DNA from: Pseudomonadota bacterium
GTDB lineage: Bacteria > Pseudomonadota > Gammaproteobacteria > Burkholderiales > Burkholderiaceae_C
Length of the DNA: 64,000 nt
Direction: 5' to 3'
Assembly (NCBI GenBank): GCA_041168905.1
Contig: JBEEJZ010000027.1
Coordinates: forward strand, 8,005-72,004
The notes under the pieces are model-generated. The model was not told where the DNA came from, did no database searches, and worked only from the letters and a program-made list of their open reading frames with translations. The translations under genes were made by a program, and so were the position numbers. The number at the start of each line of letters is the position of its first letter. Within the stretch, counting starts at the first letter, position 1. Below, one piece after another: positions 33,604 to 44,203 of the stretch.

Positions 33604-34389
33604 TCAAAGGGTTGTAGCGGGGGTCGGGCGCCAGCCCAGGCCCGCCTCGGTGGTGGTGGCCGGCTTGTATTCACAGCCCACCCAGCCGTCGTAGCCGATG
33701 CGATCGAGATGGGCAAACACAAAGGGGTAATTGATTTCGCCGGTGCCGGGCTCATGCCGGCCGGGGTTGTCGGCAATCTGCACATGGCCGATGCGGCCCA
33801 GGTGGCGCTGCAGGGTGCCGGCCAGCTCGCCTTCCATGCGCTGCATGTGGTACAGGTCGTATTGCACATAGAGGTTGTCTGAACCCACTTCGTCCATCAG
33901 CGCCAGCGCCTGGGCCGTGGTGCTGATAAAGAAGCCGGGGATGTCGTAGGTGTTGATGGGCTCGATCAGCAGGGCAATACCCACCGCCTGCAATTGGGCT
34001 GCGGCAAAACGCAGGTTGTCCACCAGGGTCTGCCGGGCCAGCCCCAACGGCACGCCGGCAGGTGCGATGCCGGCCAGGCAGTTGATGTTGGGCACGCCCA
34101 GCGCCCGGGCGTAGGTGATGGCGCGCCCTACCCCGGCCCGAAACTCGTCCACGCGGTCCGGGTGGCAGGCAATGCCGCGCTCACCTGCTGCCCAGTCGCC
34201 GGCGGGCAGGTTGTGCAACACCATGCTCAAGTGATGGGCATCCAGCTCGGCGCGGATCTGCTCGGGCGTGGCCTCATAGGGAAACTGGCACTCCACAGCC
34301 TGAAAACCGGCGCGGGCGGCACGTCCAAAGCGCTCAAGAAAGGGCACTTCAGTGAACAGCATGGACACATTAGCAGCAAAACGGGGCAT
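33604..34389 (-). CDS. hyi: Hydroxypyruvate isomerase
   Basis: Start chosen at MPRFAANVSMLFTEVPFLERF, giving 261 aa. The track ORF's upstream 49 codons look non-coding. Confidence 0.9.
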   Translation of the reverse strand: MPRFAANVSMLFTEVPFLERFGRAARAGFQAVECQFPYEATPEQIRAELDAHHLSMVLHNLPAGDWAAGERGIACHPDRVDEFRAGVGRAITYARALGVPNINCLAGIAPAGVPLGLARQTLVDNLRFAAAQLQAVGIALLIEPINTYDIPGFFISTTAQALALMDEVGSDNLYVQYDLYHMQRMEGELAGTLQRHLGRIGHVQIADNPGRHEPGTGEINYPFVFAHLDRIGYDGWVGCEYKPATTTEAGLGWRPTPATTL

Positions 34390-34441
34390 CAATATCTCCT
34401 GATTTTTGGGGGAAATTCGGTGGGCATTGCAGTCACTCTGC

Positions 34442-36238
34442 TCAATCCAGCAAACCGGCCAGCGCCAGGCCCTGGGTGCCTTCGGGGTGGCGGCAATCGA
34501 TGTCTTCAAATTCGTTGATTTTGTCGATTTCCACACCCATGGCGATGTTGGTGACCCGTTCCAGAATCACTTCCACCACCACCGGCACACTGTAGCGGCG
34601 CGCCATGGCCTGAGCCTCGATCAGGGCTGATCCGATTTTTTCTGGATCGGTCACACGCAGGGACTTGCAACCCAGGCCCTGCACCACGGCCTGATGGTCC
34701 ACACCGTAGCTGCGCAGATCGCCCTCGCTTTCGGGGATGTTCTGGTTGTCAAAAGCCAGTTGCACGCAGTAATCCATGTCAAAGCCGCGCTGGCTCTGGC
34801 GGATCAGGCCCAGATAACTGTTGTTGACCAGCACCTGAACATAGGGCAACCTAAATTGCGCGCCCACCGCCAACTCCTCGATCATGAACTGAAAGTCGTA
34901 ATCGCCTGACAGGCCGACCACGGTGCGGGTCGGGTCGGCCGCCACCACGCCCAGCGCGGCAGGGATCGTCCAGCCCAGTGGACCCGCCTGCCCGCAGTTG
35001 ATCCACTGGCGCGGGCCGTACACATGCAGAAACTGGGCCCCGGCAATCTGTGACAAGCCGATGGTGGTCACGTAGATGGTGTCGCGACCAAAGGCCTGGT
35101 TCATCTCCTCGTACACACGCATGGGCTTGATGGGCGTCTGCTCGTAATGCGATTTGCGGTGCATCAGCTTTTTGCGTTCTGCGCAACGCCGGGCCCAGTC
35201 GCCGTAGTCCCTGAGCTTGCCGGCTGCCCGACGCTCCCGCGCGACTTGCACAAACAAAGCCAAGGCCGCACCGGCATCACTCACGATACCCAGATCAGGC
35301 ATGAAGACGCGTCCGATCTGGGTGGGCTCGATGTCCACGTGCACAAAGGTGCGGCCCTTGCAATAGACCTCGGGGCTGCCAGTATGGCGGTTGGCCCAGC
35401 GGTTGCCGATGCCCAGCACAAAGTCACTGGCCAGCACGGTGGCGTTGCCATAGCGGTGGCTGGTCTGCAAGCCACACATGCCCGCCATCAGGGGGTGGTC
35501 GTCGGCCATGCTGCCCCAGCCCATCAAGGTCGGTATCACGGGCACCCCCATCAGCTCTGCCAGCTCCACCAGCAAGTCGCTGGCATCCGCATTGATGATG
35601 CCGCCGCCAGCCACGATCAGCGGCCTGTCGGCGGCCTGCAGCATGTCCAGCGCCTTCTCGACCTGCTTGCGGCTGGCAGCGGGCTTGTAAATGGGCAGCG
35701 GCTCATAGGTGTCGATGTCGAATTCGATCTCGGCCATCTGCACATCAAAGGGCAGATCGATCAGCACCGGGCCGGGCCGACCGGAGCGCATGAGGTGAAA
35801 CGCCTGCTGAAAAGCCCGCGGCACCTGGGCCGGCTCGCGCACCGTCACGCTCCACTTGGTAACAGGCTTGCTGATGGATTCGATGTCCACCGCCTGAAAG
35901 TCCTCCTTGTAAAGGCGGGCGCGCGGTGCCTGACCGGTGATGCACAAGATCGGAATGCTGTCGGCAATGGCCGAATACAAGCCGGTGATCATGTCGGTGC
36001 CAGCCGGGCCGCTGGTGCCTATGCACACGCCGATGTTGCCCGCCTGCGCCCGGGTGTAACCCTCGGCCATGTGCGAGGCACCCTCCACATGGCGGGCCAG
36101 GATGTGGCTGATGGACTGGCGCTCGCGCAGCGCGTTGTACAGGGGGTTGATCGCCGCGCCCGGCACCCCGAAGGCTTGCGTGATGCCTTCTTTTTCCATC
36201 ACCAGCACGGCCGCCATCGCGGCTTTCATCTTTGCCAT
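34442..36238 (-). CDS. gcl: Glyoxylate carboligase (tartronate-semialdehyde synthase)
   Basis: Begins [34 protein letters not shown]... ThDP enzyme with GDYDFQF and [10 protein letters not shown] motifs. Confidence 0.95.
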   Translation of the reverse strand: MAKMKAAMAAVLVMEKEGITQAFGVPGAAINPLYNALRERQSISHILARHVEGASHMAEGYTRAQAGNIGVCIGTSGPAGTDMITGLYSAIADSIPILCITGQAPRARLYKEDFQAVDIESISKPVTKWSVTVREPAQVPRAFQQAFHLMRSGRPGPVLIDLPFDVQMAEIEFDIDTYEPLPIYKPAASRKQVEKALDMLQAADRPLIVAGGGIINADASDLLVELAELMGVPVIPTLMGWGSMADDHPLMAGMCGLQTSHRYGNATVLASDFVLGIGNRWANRHTGSPEVYCKGRTFVHVDIEPTQIGRVFMPDLGIVSDAGAALALFVQVARERRAAGKLRDYGDWARRCAERKKLMHRKSHYEQTPIKPMRVYEEMNQAFGRDTIYVTTIGLSQIAGAQFLHVYGPRQWINCGQAGPLGWTIPAALGVVAADPTRTVVGLSGDYDFQFMIEELAVGAQFRLPYVQVLVNNSYLGLIRQSQRGFDMDYCVQLAFDNQNIPESEGDLRSYGVDHQAVVQGLGCKSLRVTDPEKIGSALIEAQAMARRYSVPVVVEVILERVTNIAMGVEIDKINEFEDIDCRHPEGTQGLALAGLLD

Positions 36239-36320
36239 CATCATCTCCAGTCAAGTTAAAAATGAACTGGTGGCTATGGTCGTGAATTGCCGCTGCAGGC
36301 GGAAGCCGTCGGCGCAGCAT

Positions 36321-36334
36321 TTGGCATATGCCAA
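36321..36334. promoter_or_regulatory. Perfect 14-bp palindrome TTGGCATATGCCAA, candidate LysR-type binding site
   Basis: Lies in the divergent gcl/LysR intergenic region, 45 bp upstream of the LysR ATG. A related half-site, TTGGGAATGGCAA, follows immediately. Confidence 0.45.
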
Positions 36335-36378
36335 TTGGGAATGGCAATTTGTCGCCGAACGTGGCCTACTGTCGCACC

Positions 36379-37287
36379 ATGGATCGCATACAAGCTCTAC
36401 GTCTCTTTATTCGTGTGGTGGACCTCGGCTCCTTCAGCAAGGCGGCTGCGGACCTGGGCATCGGACAGCCCAGCGCCACCAAGATGGTCGCGCAGCTCGA
36501 AAGACAGCTCGGCGCGCGACTGCTGCATCGCTCGACCCACGGCGTCACGCCCACCGAGATCGGGGCACTCTATTACGAGAAGTGCCGCCTGATCACCCAC
36601 CACGTCGAAGAGGCCCAAAGCCTGGCCACCTTGCTGCAGTCTGAAGTGCAAGGCGCTCTGCGGGTGAGCACGTCGGTGGCTTTCGGGCGGCGGGTACTGG
36701 CACCGCTGGTGATGCGCTTCATGCGACTGAACCCCAAACTGCAGGTCGAGCTGACCTTCGATGACCGCTACGTGAATCTGGTGGAGCAAGGCATCGACGT
36801 GGCCATACGCATGGGATCGCTGGCGGATTCGACCTTGGGTGCGCGCTTTCTGGGCGTCAACCCCTGGGTGGTGGTGGCCTCACCCGACTACCTTCAGGCA
36901 CGCGGCACCCCCGCGCAACCGGGTGACCTGGCCGGACACGACGCGCTGATCTACAGCACCGTGCAAGGCGACGCACGCTGGCACTTCACCGGAGCGGACG
37001 GGCGGCTGCAGTCGGTGCCGGTGCGCGGACGACTGCGCTCCAACAACCTGTCGACGCTGCTGGCCGCCGCACGCGATGGCATGGGTGTGGCGGCACTGCC
37101 CTGGTATGTGGCCCATGCCTCGGTGCAAAGCGAGAAGGTGCACACCCTGCTCACGGAGTGGTCGCTGCCCTCTCAGGAGATTCACGCTGTCTACTCCTCC
37201 CCAAGGCTGGTCACCGCCAAGGTCAGCGGCTTTGTCAGCTGGCTGCAGGGGCAGCTGGGTGAGCGTTGGTGGGCGGCAAATAACTGA
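36379..37287 (+). CDS. LysR family transcriptional regulator (divergent from the gcl operon)
   Basis: Start at MDRIQALRLFIRVVDLGSFSKAAADLGIGQPSATKMVAQLERQLGARLL. Confidence 0.9.
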   Translation: MDRIQALRLFIRVVDLGSFSKAAADLGIGQPSATKMVAQLERQLGARLLHRSTHGVTPTEIGALYYEKCRLITHHVEEAQSLATLLQSEVQGALRVSTSVAFGRRVLAPLVMRFMRLNPKLQVELTFDDRYVNLVEQGIDVAIRMGSLADSTLGARFLGVNPWVVVASPDYLQARGTPAQPGDLAGHDALIYSTVQGDARWHFTGADGRLQSVPVRGRLRSNNLSTLLAAARDGMGVAALPWYVAHASVQSEKVHTLLTEWSLPSQEIHAVYSSPRLVTAKVSGFVSWLQGQLGERWWAANN

Positions 37288-37398
37288 CGACAAACCCACG
37301 GGCTGATGGCCTTTGATCCTGCCGGTATATTCAAGCCCAGCCGCCTCTACAACGACCTTTGATCATCGCGCCTGCGCCAGGCGCTGAAAGAGCCCCAC

Positions 37399-38637
37399 AT
37401 GCAAACCCATCTCAGCCCGGAGTTCAGCGGCACCCGCGAAGGCCAGGCGGCCGAGGCCATCCTGCGCAAGTGCGTGCACTGCGGTTTTTGCACCGCCACC
37501 TGCCCCACCTACCAGCTGCTGGGCGATGAGCTGGACGGACCGCGTGGCCGCATTTACCTGATGAAGCAGGTGCTTGAAGGCGGCGAGGTCACGCGCAGCA
37601 CCCAGCAGCACCTGGACCGCTGCCTGACCTGCCGCAATTGCGAATCGACCTGCCCCTCCGGCGTGGACTACGGCCATCTGGTGGAAATCGGCCGCAACAT
37701 CGTCGAAGCCCGTGTCGAGCGCCCCCTGGCTGAAAAAGTGATGCGCACCGCGCTGAAGGAAGGCCTGACCTCGCCGCTGTTCGGCCCCGCCATGAAGCTG
37801 GGCCAGCTGGTGCGGCCTCTGCTGCCGGCCGCCCTCAAAAACAAGGTGCCCGCACCCGCGCCGGCCAGCGCGCATGTCTGGCCACAAGACGCACACGCCC
37901 GCAAGGTGCTGATGCTGGCGGGCTGCGTGCAACCTGCCATGATGCCCAACATCAACAGCGCCACCGCCCGGGTACTGGACGCGGCAGGCATCCAGACCCT
38001 GGTGGCACCCAAGGCCGGCTGCTGCGGTGCCATCCGCTCCCACCTGAACGATGCCGAAGGCGGCCTCAACGACATGCGGCGCAACATCGACGCCTGGTGG
38101 CCTTTTGTGGAAGACGGCAGCGTGGAGGCCATCGTGATGAATGCCTCGGGCTGTGGTGCCACGGTCAAGGACTACGGCCACGCCCTCGCGCACGACGAGG
38201 CCTATGCTGCCAAGGCAGCCCGCATCAGCGCCCTGACCCGAGACCTGTCAGAACTGCTGCCGCTGCTGGCACCGGCCCTGGCGGGCAAGGTCAAGGCGGA
38301 CGCAGCCCAGGCGTTGGTCTTTCACCCGCCCTGCACCTTGCAGCACGGCCAAAAGTTGCGCGGCGGCGTGGAGACCCACCTGCAAGCCCTGGGCTTTGAC
38401 GTGCAGACCAGCCGGGTGGAAAGCCACTTGTGCTGCGGCTCGGCGGGCACCTACTCGGTGCTGCAGCCCGAACTGGCCTACCAGCTGCGCGACCGCAAGC
38501 TGAACAACCTGGCCGAGAGCCAGCCCACCTGCATCGTCTCCGCCAATATCGGCTGCATCCAGCACCTGCAAAGCGGCACTGCGACGCCGGTGAAGCACTG
38601 GGTGGAAGTCCTGGACGCGGCGCTAATCAGGTCCTGA
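37399..38637 (+). CDS. glcF: Glycolate oxidase iron-sulfur subunit GlcF-like
   Basis: 412 aa. Two 4Fe-4S motifs (CVHCGFCTATCP, CLTCRNCESTCP) and two C-terminal CCG-type Cys-rich repeats. Confidence 0.88.
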   Translation: MQTHLSPEFSGTREGQAAEAILRKCVHCGFCTATCPTYQLLGDELDGPRGRIYLMKQVLEGGEVTRSTQQHLDRCLTCRNCESTCPSGVDYGHLVEIGRNIVEARVERPLAEKVMRTALKEGLTSPLFGPAMKLGQLVRPLLPAALKNKVPAPAPASAHVWPQDAHARKVLMLAGCVQPAMMPNINSATARVLDAAGIQTLVAPKAGCCGAIRSHLNDAEGGLNDMRRNIDAWWPFVEDGSVEAIVMNASGCGATVKDYGHALAHDEAYAAKAARISALTRDLSELLPLLAPALAGKVKADAAQALVFHPPCTLQHGQKLRGGVETHLQALGFDVQTSRVESHLCCGSAGTYSVLQPELAYQLRDRKLNNLAESQPTCIVSANIGCIQHLQSGTATPVKHWVEVLDAALIRS

Positions 38638-38640
38638 GCC

Positions 38641-39633
38641 TCAGTTCTTGATGGGCTGAGCACCCGGCACGCCCAAAAGCAGCCGCTGCTCTATCCCCTT
38701 GATACAAGCCACCAGCGTGGCATTGACCGGCGTGGGCACGCCCAGGCGGGCGCCTTGGGCCACCACGGCGCCGTTGATGAAATCGATCTCGGTGATGGAG
38801 CCCTTGTCCAGGCTTTGCAACATGGACGGCCGGAATTCGGGCGGCAAACCCGCGCCAGCCCTGTGCCAGGCGTCCAGAGGGTCGGTGATGCTCAGGGTCA
38901 CGCCGCTGGCGCGGGCAACGGCCATGGCCTCGGTCACGGCGGCAACGGCTGTGGCTTGCAGTTCTGCACACTGGTACAGCGGCCCGTAAGGCAAGCCGGA
39001 AATGCCGCTGACCGCGCCGGTGGCCACATTGACCAGCAGCTTGTCCCAGATATTGCCCATGATGTTGGCACTGGCGGTGGTGTCCAGCCCCGCCTGGTTA
39101 AAGACCTCGGCTACGCGCTGCGCCCGCTCAGACAAGCCCCCGTCAGGCTCGCCGATCAGGGTCAGCTTGCGGCGCGTGCCGGCAATCACGTGGCCTGGGC
39201 CCAGCGCGGTGCCGCCTACGTAGGTTTTCCCGGCCAGCAGGCGATGCCGGCCCACGATGGGCGCCAGCACCTCCTCGTGGCCCAGGCCGTTTTGCAAAGA
39301 CAGCACCAGCGTGTCCGGCCCCAGCAGGCCGGTGGCGGCCTGCATGGCCTCAGCCGTATGAAAAGACTTGACCAGCACGATCAGCAAATCAACCGGCGCA
39401 TCTGCCAGGCCCACGGGCACGCCCTGTGCCGAGGTGGCTGCGCGCACGGGCACGGTGCGATCCACGCCATCGGTGCGCAGCACGAGCCCGCGCTGGTTCA
39501 TGGCGTTCACCTGGTCGGCGTGGCGGTTGATCAGCCAGACCTCATGGCCGGCCTCGGTCAGCACGCCGCCCATGGCGCAACCCAGGGCCCCGGCGCCCAA
39601 GATGCAAATTTTCATGGTCTGTCTCCTTGTCAT
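38641..39633 (-). CDS. 2-dehydropantoate 2-reductase family (PanE/ApbA-like) oxidoreductase
   Basis: MKICILGAGALGCAMGG Rossmann motif. 330 aa (324 aa if started at 39615). Confidence 0.8.
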   Translation of the reverse strand: MTRRQTMKICILGAGALGCAMGGVLTEAGHEVWLINRHADQVNAMNQRGLVLRTDGVDRTVPVRAATSAQGVPVGLADAPVDLLIVLVKSFHTAEAMQAATGLLGPDTLVLSLQNGLGHEEVLAPIVGRHRLLAGKTYVGGTALGPGHVIAGTRRKLTLIGEPDGGLSERAQRVAEVFNQAGLDTTASANIMGNIWDKLLVNVATGAVSGISGLPYGPLYQCAELQATAVAAVTEAMAVARASGVTLSITDPLDAWHRAGAGLPPEFRPSMLQSLDKGSITEIDFINGAVVAQGARLGVPTPVNATLVACIKGIEQRLLLGVPGAQPIKN

Positions 39634-39782
39634 GGGTGTGGGTGCATGGCTTGCATGCGTGTGCGGGATTTTGCAGCGGGCTGGGCCGTGCGTGCCACCT
39701 CAAACATTACCCACCAAAATGTCACAGATTTTGATATTTTCAACACAACAATAAACGACTAGGTATGCAATAAAGTTGAGGC

Positions 39783-40505
39783 ATGAGTATTTCCCGTTCC
39801 AACCTGCCCCAGGCCGTCTTGTTTGACGCCTACGGCACCTTGTTTGATGTGTACAGCGTGGCTTTGCTGGCCGAGCAGATGTTTCCCGGCAAAGGCCAGG
39901 CATTGAGCGTGCTGTGGCGCGACAAGCAAATCGAATACACCCGCCTGGTGACCACCAGCAATCACGGTCGCCATTACCAGCCCTTCTGGCAGCTGACCCG
40001 CGCCGCGCTGGTCTACGCCATCAAGAAGACTGCAGGCTACGACCACACCCAATGGGCCACCAGCGATTTCGACAGCAAGGTCGAACAGTTGCTCAATCAG
40101 TACCACCACCTCAGCGCCTTCCCGGAAAACCGCGACGTGCTGAGCACCCTGAAAGCGCGTGGCATACAGACTGGCATCCTGAGCAATGGCGACCCGGCCA
40201 TGCTGAACATGGCGGTCAAATCTGCCGGGCTGGACGGTCTGCTGGACCACGTCATCAGCGTGGATGGCATCCGCAAGTACAAGACCCACCCCGACGCCTA
40301 CGCCCTGGGCGAGCAAGCCTGCAAGCTCAGCGCCAGCCAGATCGTGTTTGTCAGCAGCAACGGCTGGGACGCGCTGGCCGCCACCTGGTACGGCTACCAG
40401 ACACTGTGGGTGAACCGTGCCAACGCCCCCTTTGAAGAGCTGGGCACTCAGCCGGTGCGGACAGGCAGCACCTTGCGCGACGTGATGGGCTTTTTTGACG
40501 CCTAG
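39783..40505 (+). CDS. Haloacid dehalogenase type II (HAD superfamily)
   Basis: 240 aa. Contains the nucleophile motif FDAYGTLFDV, WRDKQIEYTRL, LSNG and SSNGWD. Confidence 0.85.
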   Translation: MSISRSNLPQAVLFDAYGTLFDVYSVALLAEQMFPGKGQALSVLWRDKQIEYTRLVTTSNHGRHYQPFWQLTRAALVYAIKKTAGYDHTQWATSDFDSKVEQLLNQYHHLSAFPENRDVLSTLKARGIQTGILSNGDPAMLNMAVKSAGLDGLLDHVISVDGIRKYKTHPDAYALGEQACKLSASQIVFVSSNGWDALAATWYGYQTLWVNRANAPFEELGTQPVRTGSTLRDVMGFFDA

Positions 40506-40574
40506 GCACGTTTCTGGCCGGCCTTAACTGATCCTCGTTTTTTACTGTTTCAACACTTCCTGGAGCACTCCACC

Positions 40575-42779
40575 ATGACGCAAAGAACCCAAGCTCACCG
40601 CCTGCAAGTGGCCAGCAATCTGCACGCCTTCATCAACGAGCAAGTGCTGCCCGGCACCGGCATCAAGCCCGCCGCCTTCTGGAAAGGTTTTGATGCCATC
40701 GTGGCTGACCTGGCCCCCAAGAACATCGCCCTGCTGGCCGAGCGTGACCGCCTGCAAACCGAGCTGGACAGCTGGCACAAGGCCCACCCTGGCCCTATTA
40801 GCGATATGACCGGCTACCGCGGGTTTCTTGAAAAGATCGGCTACCTGGTGCCCCAGCCCGACAAGGTGAAAGCGACCACCACCAAGGTGGACGCCGAGCT
40901 GGCCAAGCAGGCCGGCCCACAGCTGGTGGTGCCGATCCTGAACGCGCGCTATGCCCTGAATGCCGCCAACGCCCGCTGGGGCAGCCTGTACGACGCCCTG
41001 TACGGCACCGACGCCATTCCCGAAACTGGCGGTGCAGAAAAAGGCAAGGCCTACAACCCGGTGCGCGGCGCCAAGGTGATCGAGTACGCGCGCCATGTGC
41101 TGGATCGCACCGCACCGCTCAAGAAGGGCTCGCATGTCGATGCTGCGGGCTATGTCATCAAAGGTGGCAAGCTTTCGGTCAAGCTCAAGGACGGCGGCAG
41201 CACCTCGCTGCAAGACCCCGAACAACTGGTCGGCTACCAGGGCAAGGCCTCTGCACCCTCGTCGGTGCTGCTGCAGCACAACGGCCTGCACCTCGACATC
41301 CAGATCGACCGCAGCACCACCATTGGTGCCAGTGACGCCGCTGGCGTGAGCGACCTGGTGCTGGAAGCTGCCTTGTCCACCATTCTCGACCTCGAAGACT
41401 CCGTGGCCGTGGTTGACGCCGATGACAAGGTGCTGGCCTACGGCAACTGGCTGGGCATCCTGAAGGGCACCCTGACCGAAGAAGTCGCCAAGGGCGGCAA
41501 GTCGTTTACCCGGGGCCTGAACCCTGACCGCCTCTACACCGCACCCGACGGCAAGGGCGAGGTGCGCCTGCATGGCCGCTCGCTGATGTTTGTGCGCAAT
41601 GTGGGCCACTTGATGACCAACCCTGCCATCCTGTACACCGCCAAGGACGGCAGCACACTCGAAATCCCCGAGGGCATCATGGACGCGGTGGTGACCACCA
41701 CCATCGCCCTGCACGACCTGGCCAAGAGCAAGAAAGACGCCATCCGTAACTCCCGCAAGGGCAGCGTGTACATCGTCAAGCCCAAGATGCATGGCCCGGC
41801 CGAAGTTGCTTTTGCGGCCGAACTGTTCAGCCGCGTTGAAAAAATGCTGGGCCTGCCCGAGAACACAGTCAAGCTGGGCATCATGGACGAAGAGCGCCGC
41901 ACCAGCGTCAACCTGAAGGCCTGTATTGCGGCGGCCAGCAGCCGTATCGCCTTCATCAACACCGGCTTCCTGGACCGCACCGGCGACGAGATGCACACCG
42001 CCATGCACGCCGGCCCCATGCTGCGCAAGGGCGACATGAAGTCCAGCGCGTGGATTCAGTCTTATGAGCGCAACAACGTGCTGGTGGGCCTCTCCTGCGG
42101 CCTGCGCGGCAAGGCGCAAATCGGCAAGGGCATGTGGGCCATGCCCGACCTGATGGCCGCCATGCTGGAGCAAAAGATTGCCCACCCCAAGGCCGGCGCC
42201 AACACCGCCTGGGTGCCCAGCCCCACCGGTGCCACCTTGCACGCCCTGCACTACCACCAGGTGCTGGTCAGCGATGTGCAAAAAGAGCTGGAAAAGATCA
42301 AGCTCAAGACCGAGCGCGACACCCTGCTAACCGGCCTGCTGACCATCCCCGTGACGGCCACCCCCAACTGGACAGCCGCCGAAAAGCAGCAGGAGCTGGA
42401 CAACAACGCCCAGGGCATTCTGGGCTACGTGGTGCGCTGGGTGGACCAGGGCGTGGGCTGCTCCAAGGTGCCCGACATCCACAACGTGGGCCTGATGGAA
42501 GACCGCGCCACGCTGCGCATCTCCAGTCAGCACATGGCCAACTGGCTGCTGCATGGCGTCGTGACGAAAGCCCAGATCACCGAAACCTTCGAGCGTATGG
42601 CTGCTGTGGTCGACAAGCAAAACGCCGGCGACCCGCTGTACCAGCCCATGGCCGGCAACTTCAAGACCTCCATGGCCTACCAGGCCGCCTGCGACCTCGT
42701 CTTCAAGGGCCTGGAGCAACCCAGCGGCTACACCGAGCCCCTGCTGCACGCCTGGCGCCTGAAGGTGAAAGCGGCCTGA
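40575..42779 (+). CDS. glcB: Malate synthase G
   Basis: 734 aa with typical MSG sequence throughout (e.g. [22 protein letters not shown]). Confidence 0.96.
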   Translation: MTQRTQAHRLQVASNLHAFINEQVLPGTGIKPAAFWKGFDAIVADLAPKNIALLAERDRLQTELDSWHKAHPGPISDMTGYRGFLEKIGYLVPQPDKVKATTTKVDAELAKQAGPQLVVPILNARYALNAANARWGSLYDALYGTDAIPETGGAEKGKAYNPVRGAKVIEYARHVLDRTAPLKKGSHVDAAGYVIKGGKLSVKLKDGGSTSLQDPEQLVGYQGKASAPSSVLLQHNGLHLDIQIDRSTTIGASDAAGVSDLVLEAALSTILDLEDSVAVVDADDKVLAYGNWLGILKGTLTEEVAKGGKSFTRGLNPDRLYTAPDGKGEVRLHGRSLMFVRNVGHLMTNPAILYTAKDGSTLEIPEGIMDAVVTTTIALHDLAKSKKDAIRNSRKGSVYIVKPKMHGPAEVAFAAELFSRVEKMLGLPENTVKLGIMDEERRTSVNLKACIAAASSRIAFINTGFLDRTGDEMHTAMHAGPMLRKGDMKSSAWIQSYERNNVLVGLSCGLRGKAQIGKGMWAMPDLMAAMLEQKIAHPKAGANTAWVPSPTGATLHALHYHQVLVSDVQKELEKIKLKTERDTLLTGLLTIPVTATPNWTAAEKQQELDNNAQGILGYVVRWVDQGVGCSKVPDIHNVGLMEDRATLRISSQHMANWLLHGVVTKAQITETFERMAAVVDKQNAGDPLYQPMAGNFKTSMAYQAACDLVFKGLEQPSGYTEPLLHAWRLKVKAA

Positions 42780-42823
42780 GGCCTATGCTAATGGAGCTGG
42801 GCTCGCCCAACTCTTGCTGACTG

Positions 42824-42848
42824 AACGGCACCCAAGGGTGCCGTTTTC
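42824..42848 (+). terminator. Rho-independent terminator after glcB
   Basis: AACGGCACCC-AA-GGGTGCCGTT hairpin followed by a T-run (TTTTCATT). Located between the convergent glcB and dioxygenase genes. Confidence 0.7.
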
Positions 42849-42901
42849 ATTGCGGGAGAGGCCCTTCGCCCGGACGTGACGGGCGTTGGGCAAAAAGCGA
42901 A

Positions 42902-44182
42902 TCAGGACTTGTCCATCGCCCGAACCTTGTCGCCACCCGCCACCGAGTAGGTGATCGGCAGCTTGCGCGTGGCCAGGAACTGTTCGAGCGTCTCGCCTCG
43001 GAAAGCGGCATAGACGGCCGGGTTGGGCACGCCCAGCACGGCGGCCATTTTTTCAAGCACAAAAAAGATCACGCCGCGGCGGATCATCTCGATCCACTTG
43101 CGACCACGGATCAGGTCTTTTTCTTCTTCGCTCAGGCTGTGTTCGGTGGCCAGGGCCTCGAAGTCGTTGACGAAGCGCGCGCGGTGCTCGGGCCGGATCA
43201 AGGCGTGCAAAAAGCGGTTGATGCGCAGGTTGGCGTGGCTGCGTGCGTGGGTAAAGGGGTAGGTGCCCTGTAGCGCACCCGCACCCTCGAGCTCGTGGCC
43301 GATGTGCTGGCGGTGGGCATCCACCGCCGCCACATCGGGCTCGCCGCCCAGGTCTTCGAACACCAGCGTGGCGATGTTGGTGACCGAAGGCGCGTAGGTC
43401 TGTTTGTGCACCAGCTTGACCTGCTGCGACAGCGCGCCGCGCATGATGAGCCACATGATGACTTCGGCGCCTTCCATGCCGCCCTTGGCCGCGTACTCGG
43501 CGATGCGCATGTTCACGAGTTGCTCTGGGGCTTTTTCGAGTAACTCGAGGAATTCGGCGTCCCAGGCTTCGTTGAGGAAGCCCGCGCGCTCGCCATGCAC
43601 TTGGTGCGACAGGCCACCCGTGGCCATGATGGCCACGTTGATGTCTTCAGGATAGCTCTCGATGGCGCGGCGCAGCGCCTGACCGAGCTTCCACATGCGC
43701 TTGGCACTGGGCACAGGCAGTTGCAGCACACCCACCTGCAGCGGCACCACCTGACCCGGCCACGGGCCGCGCTCGTCGCCCAGCATGGACAGCGGCGACA
43801 GAAAGCCGTGGTCCACCGGCTTGCCCTGAAAGAAGGACATGTCGAACTCGTCGGCCACCAGCGACATGCCGATGTGCTGCGACAGGCCCAAATGGCCGAT
43901 GGCCGGGGCCACTTCGCGCGGGCCGCCACCCTCGTCGGCCGCCTCGTAACGGTCGTCGATGCCCAGCACAAAGGCAGAGTAGTGGTCGAGGAAGAAAGAC
44001 GTGATGTGATCGTTGTAGATCATGAAGATCACGTCGACCTTCCTGTTGTGCACCCAGCCACGGATGGCATCGAAGCCGTCAAAGATCGGCTTCCACGCCG
44101 GGTCCTTGTGCTTGCCAGTGTCTTTGGCAAAACCAATGGTGGGAGAGTGCGAGGCGCCGATTCCCCCGACGATGCGTGCCAT
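42902..44182 (-). CDS. Class III extradiol dioxygenase, fused LigB+LigA-like (gallate dioxygenase GalA / protocatechuate 4,5-dioxygenase type)
   Basis: 426 aa. The N-terminal half MARIVGGIGASHSPTIGF...MIYNDHITSFF...VDHGFLSPL is LigB-like. The C-terminal quarter (INRFLHALIRPEHRARF...) is LigA-like. Confidence 0.8.
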   Translation of the reverse strand: MARIVGGIGASHSPTIGFAKDTGKHKDPAWKPIFDGFDAIRGWVHNRKVDVIFMIYNDHITSFFLDHYSAFVLGIDDRYEAADEGGGPREVAPAIGHLGLSQHIGMSLVADEFDMSFFQGKPVDHGFLSPLSMLGDERGPWPGQVVPLQVGVLQLPVPSAKRMWKLGQALRRAIESYPEDINVAIMATGGLSHQVHGERAGFLNEAWDAEFLELLEKAPEQLVNMRIAEYAAKGGMEGAEVIMWLIMRGALSQQVKLVHKQTYAPSVTNIATLVFEDLGGEPDVAAVDAHRQHIGHELEGAGALQGTYPFTHARSHANLRINRFLHALIRPEHRARFVNDFEALATEHSLSEEEKDLIRGRKWIEMIRRGVIFFVLEKMAAVLGVPNPAVYAAFRGETLEQFLATRKLPITYSVAGGDKVRAMDKS

Positions 44183-44203
44183 GGTGGTTGTCCTGTTTGA
44201 AGA

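Noticed and set aside
40542-42281. 579-aa minus-strand ORF
   Set aside because: Antisense to malate synthase G. A Gly/Ala/Val/His-rich shadow ORF.
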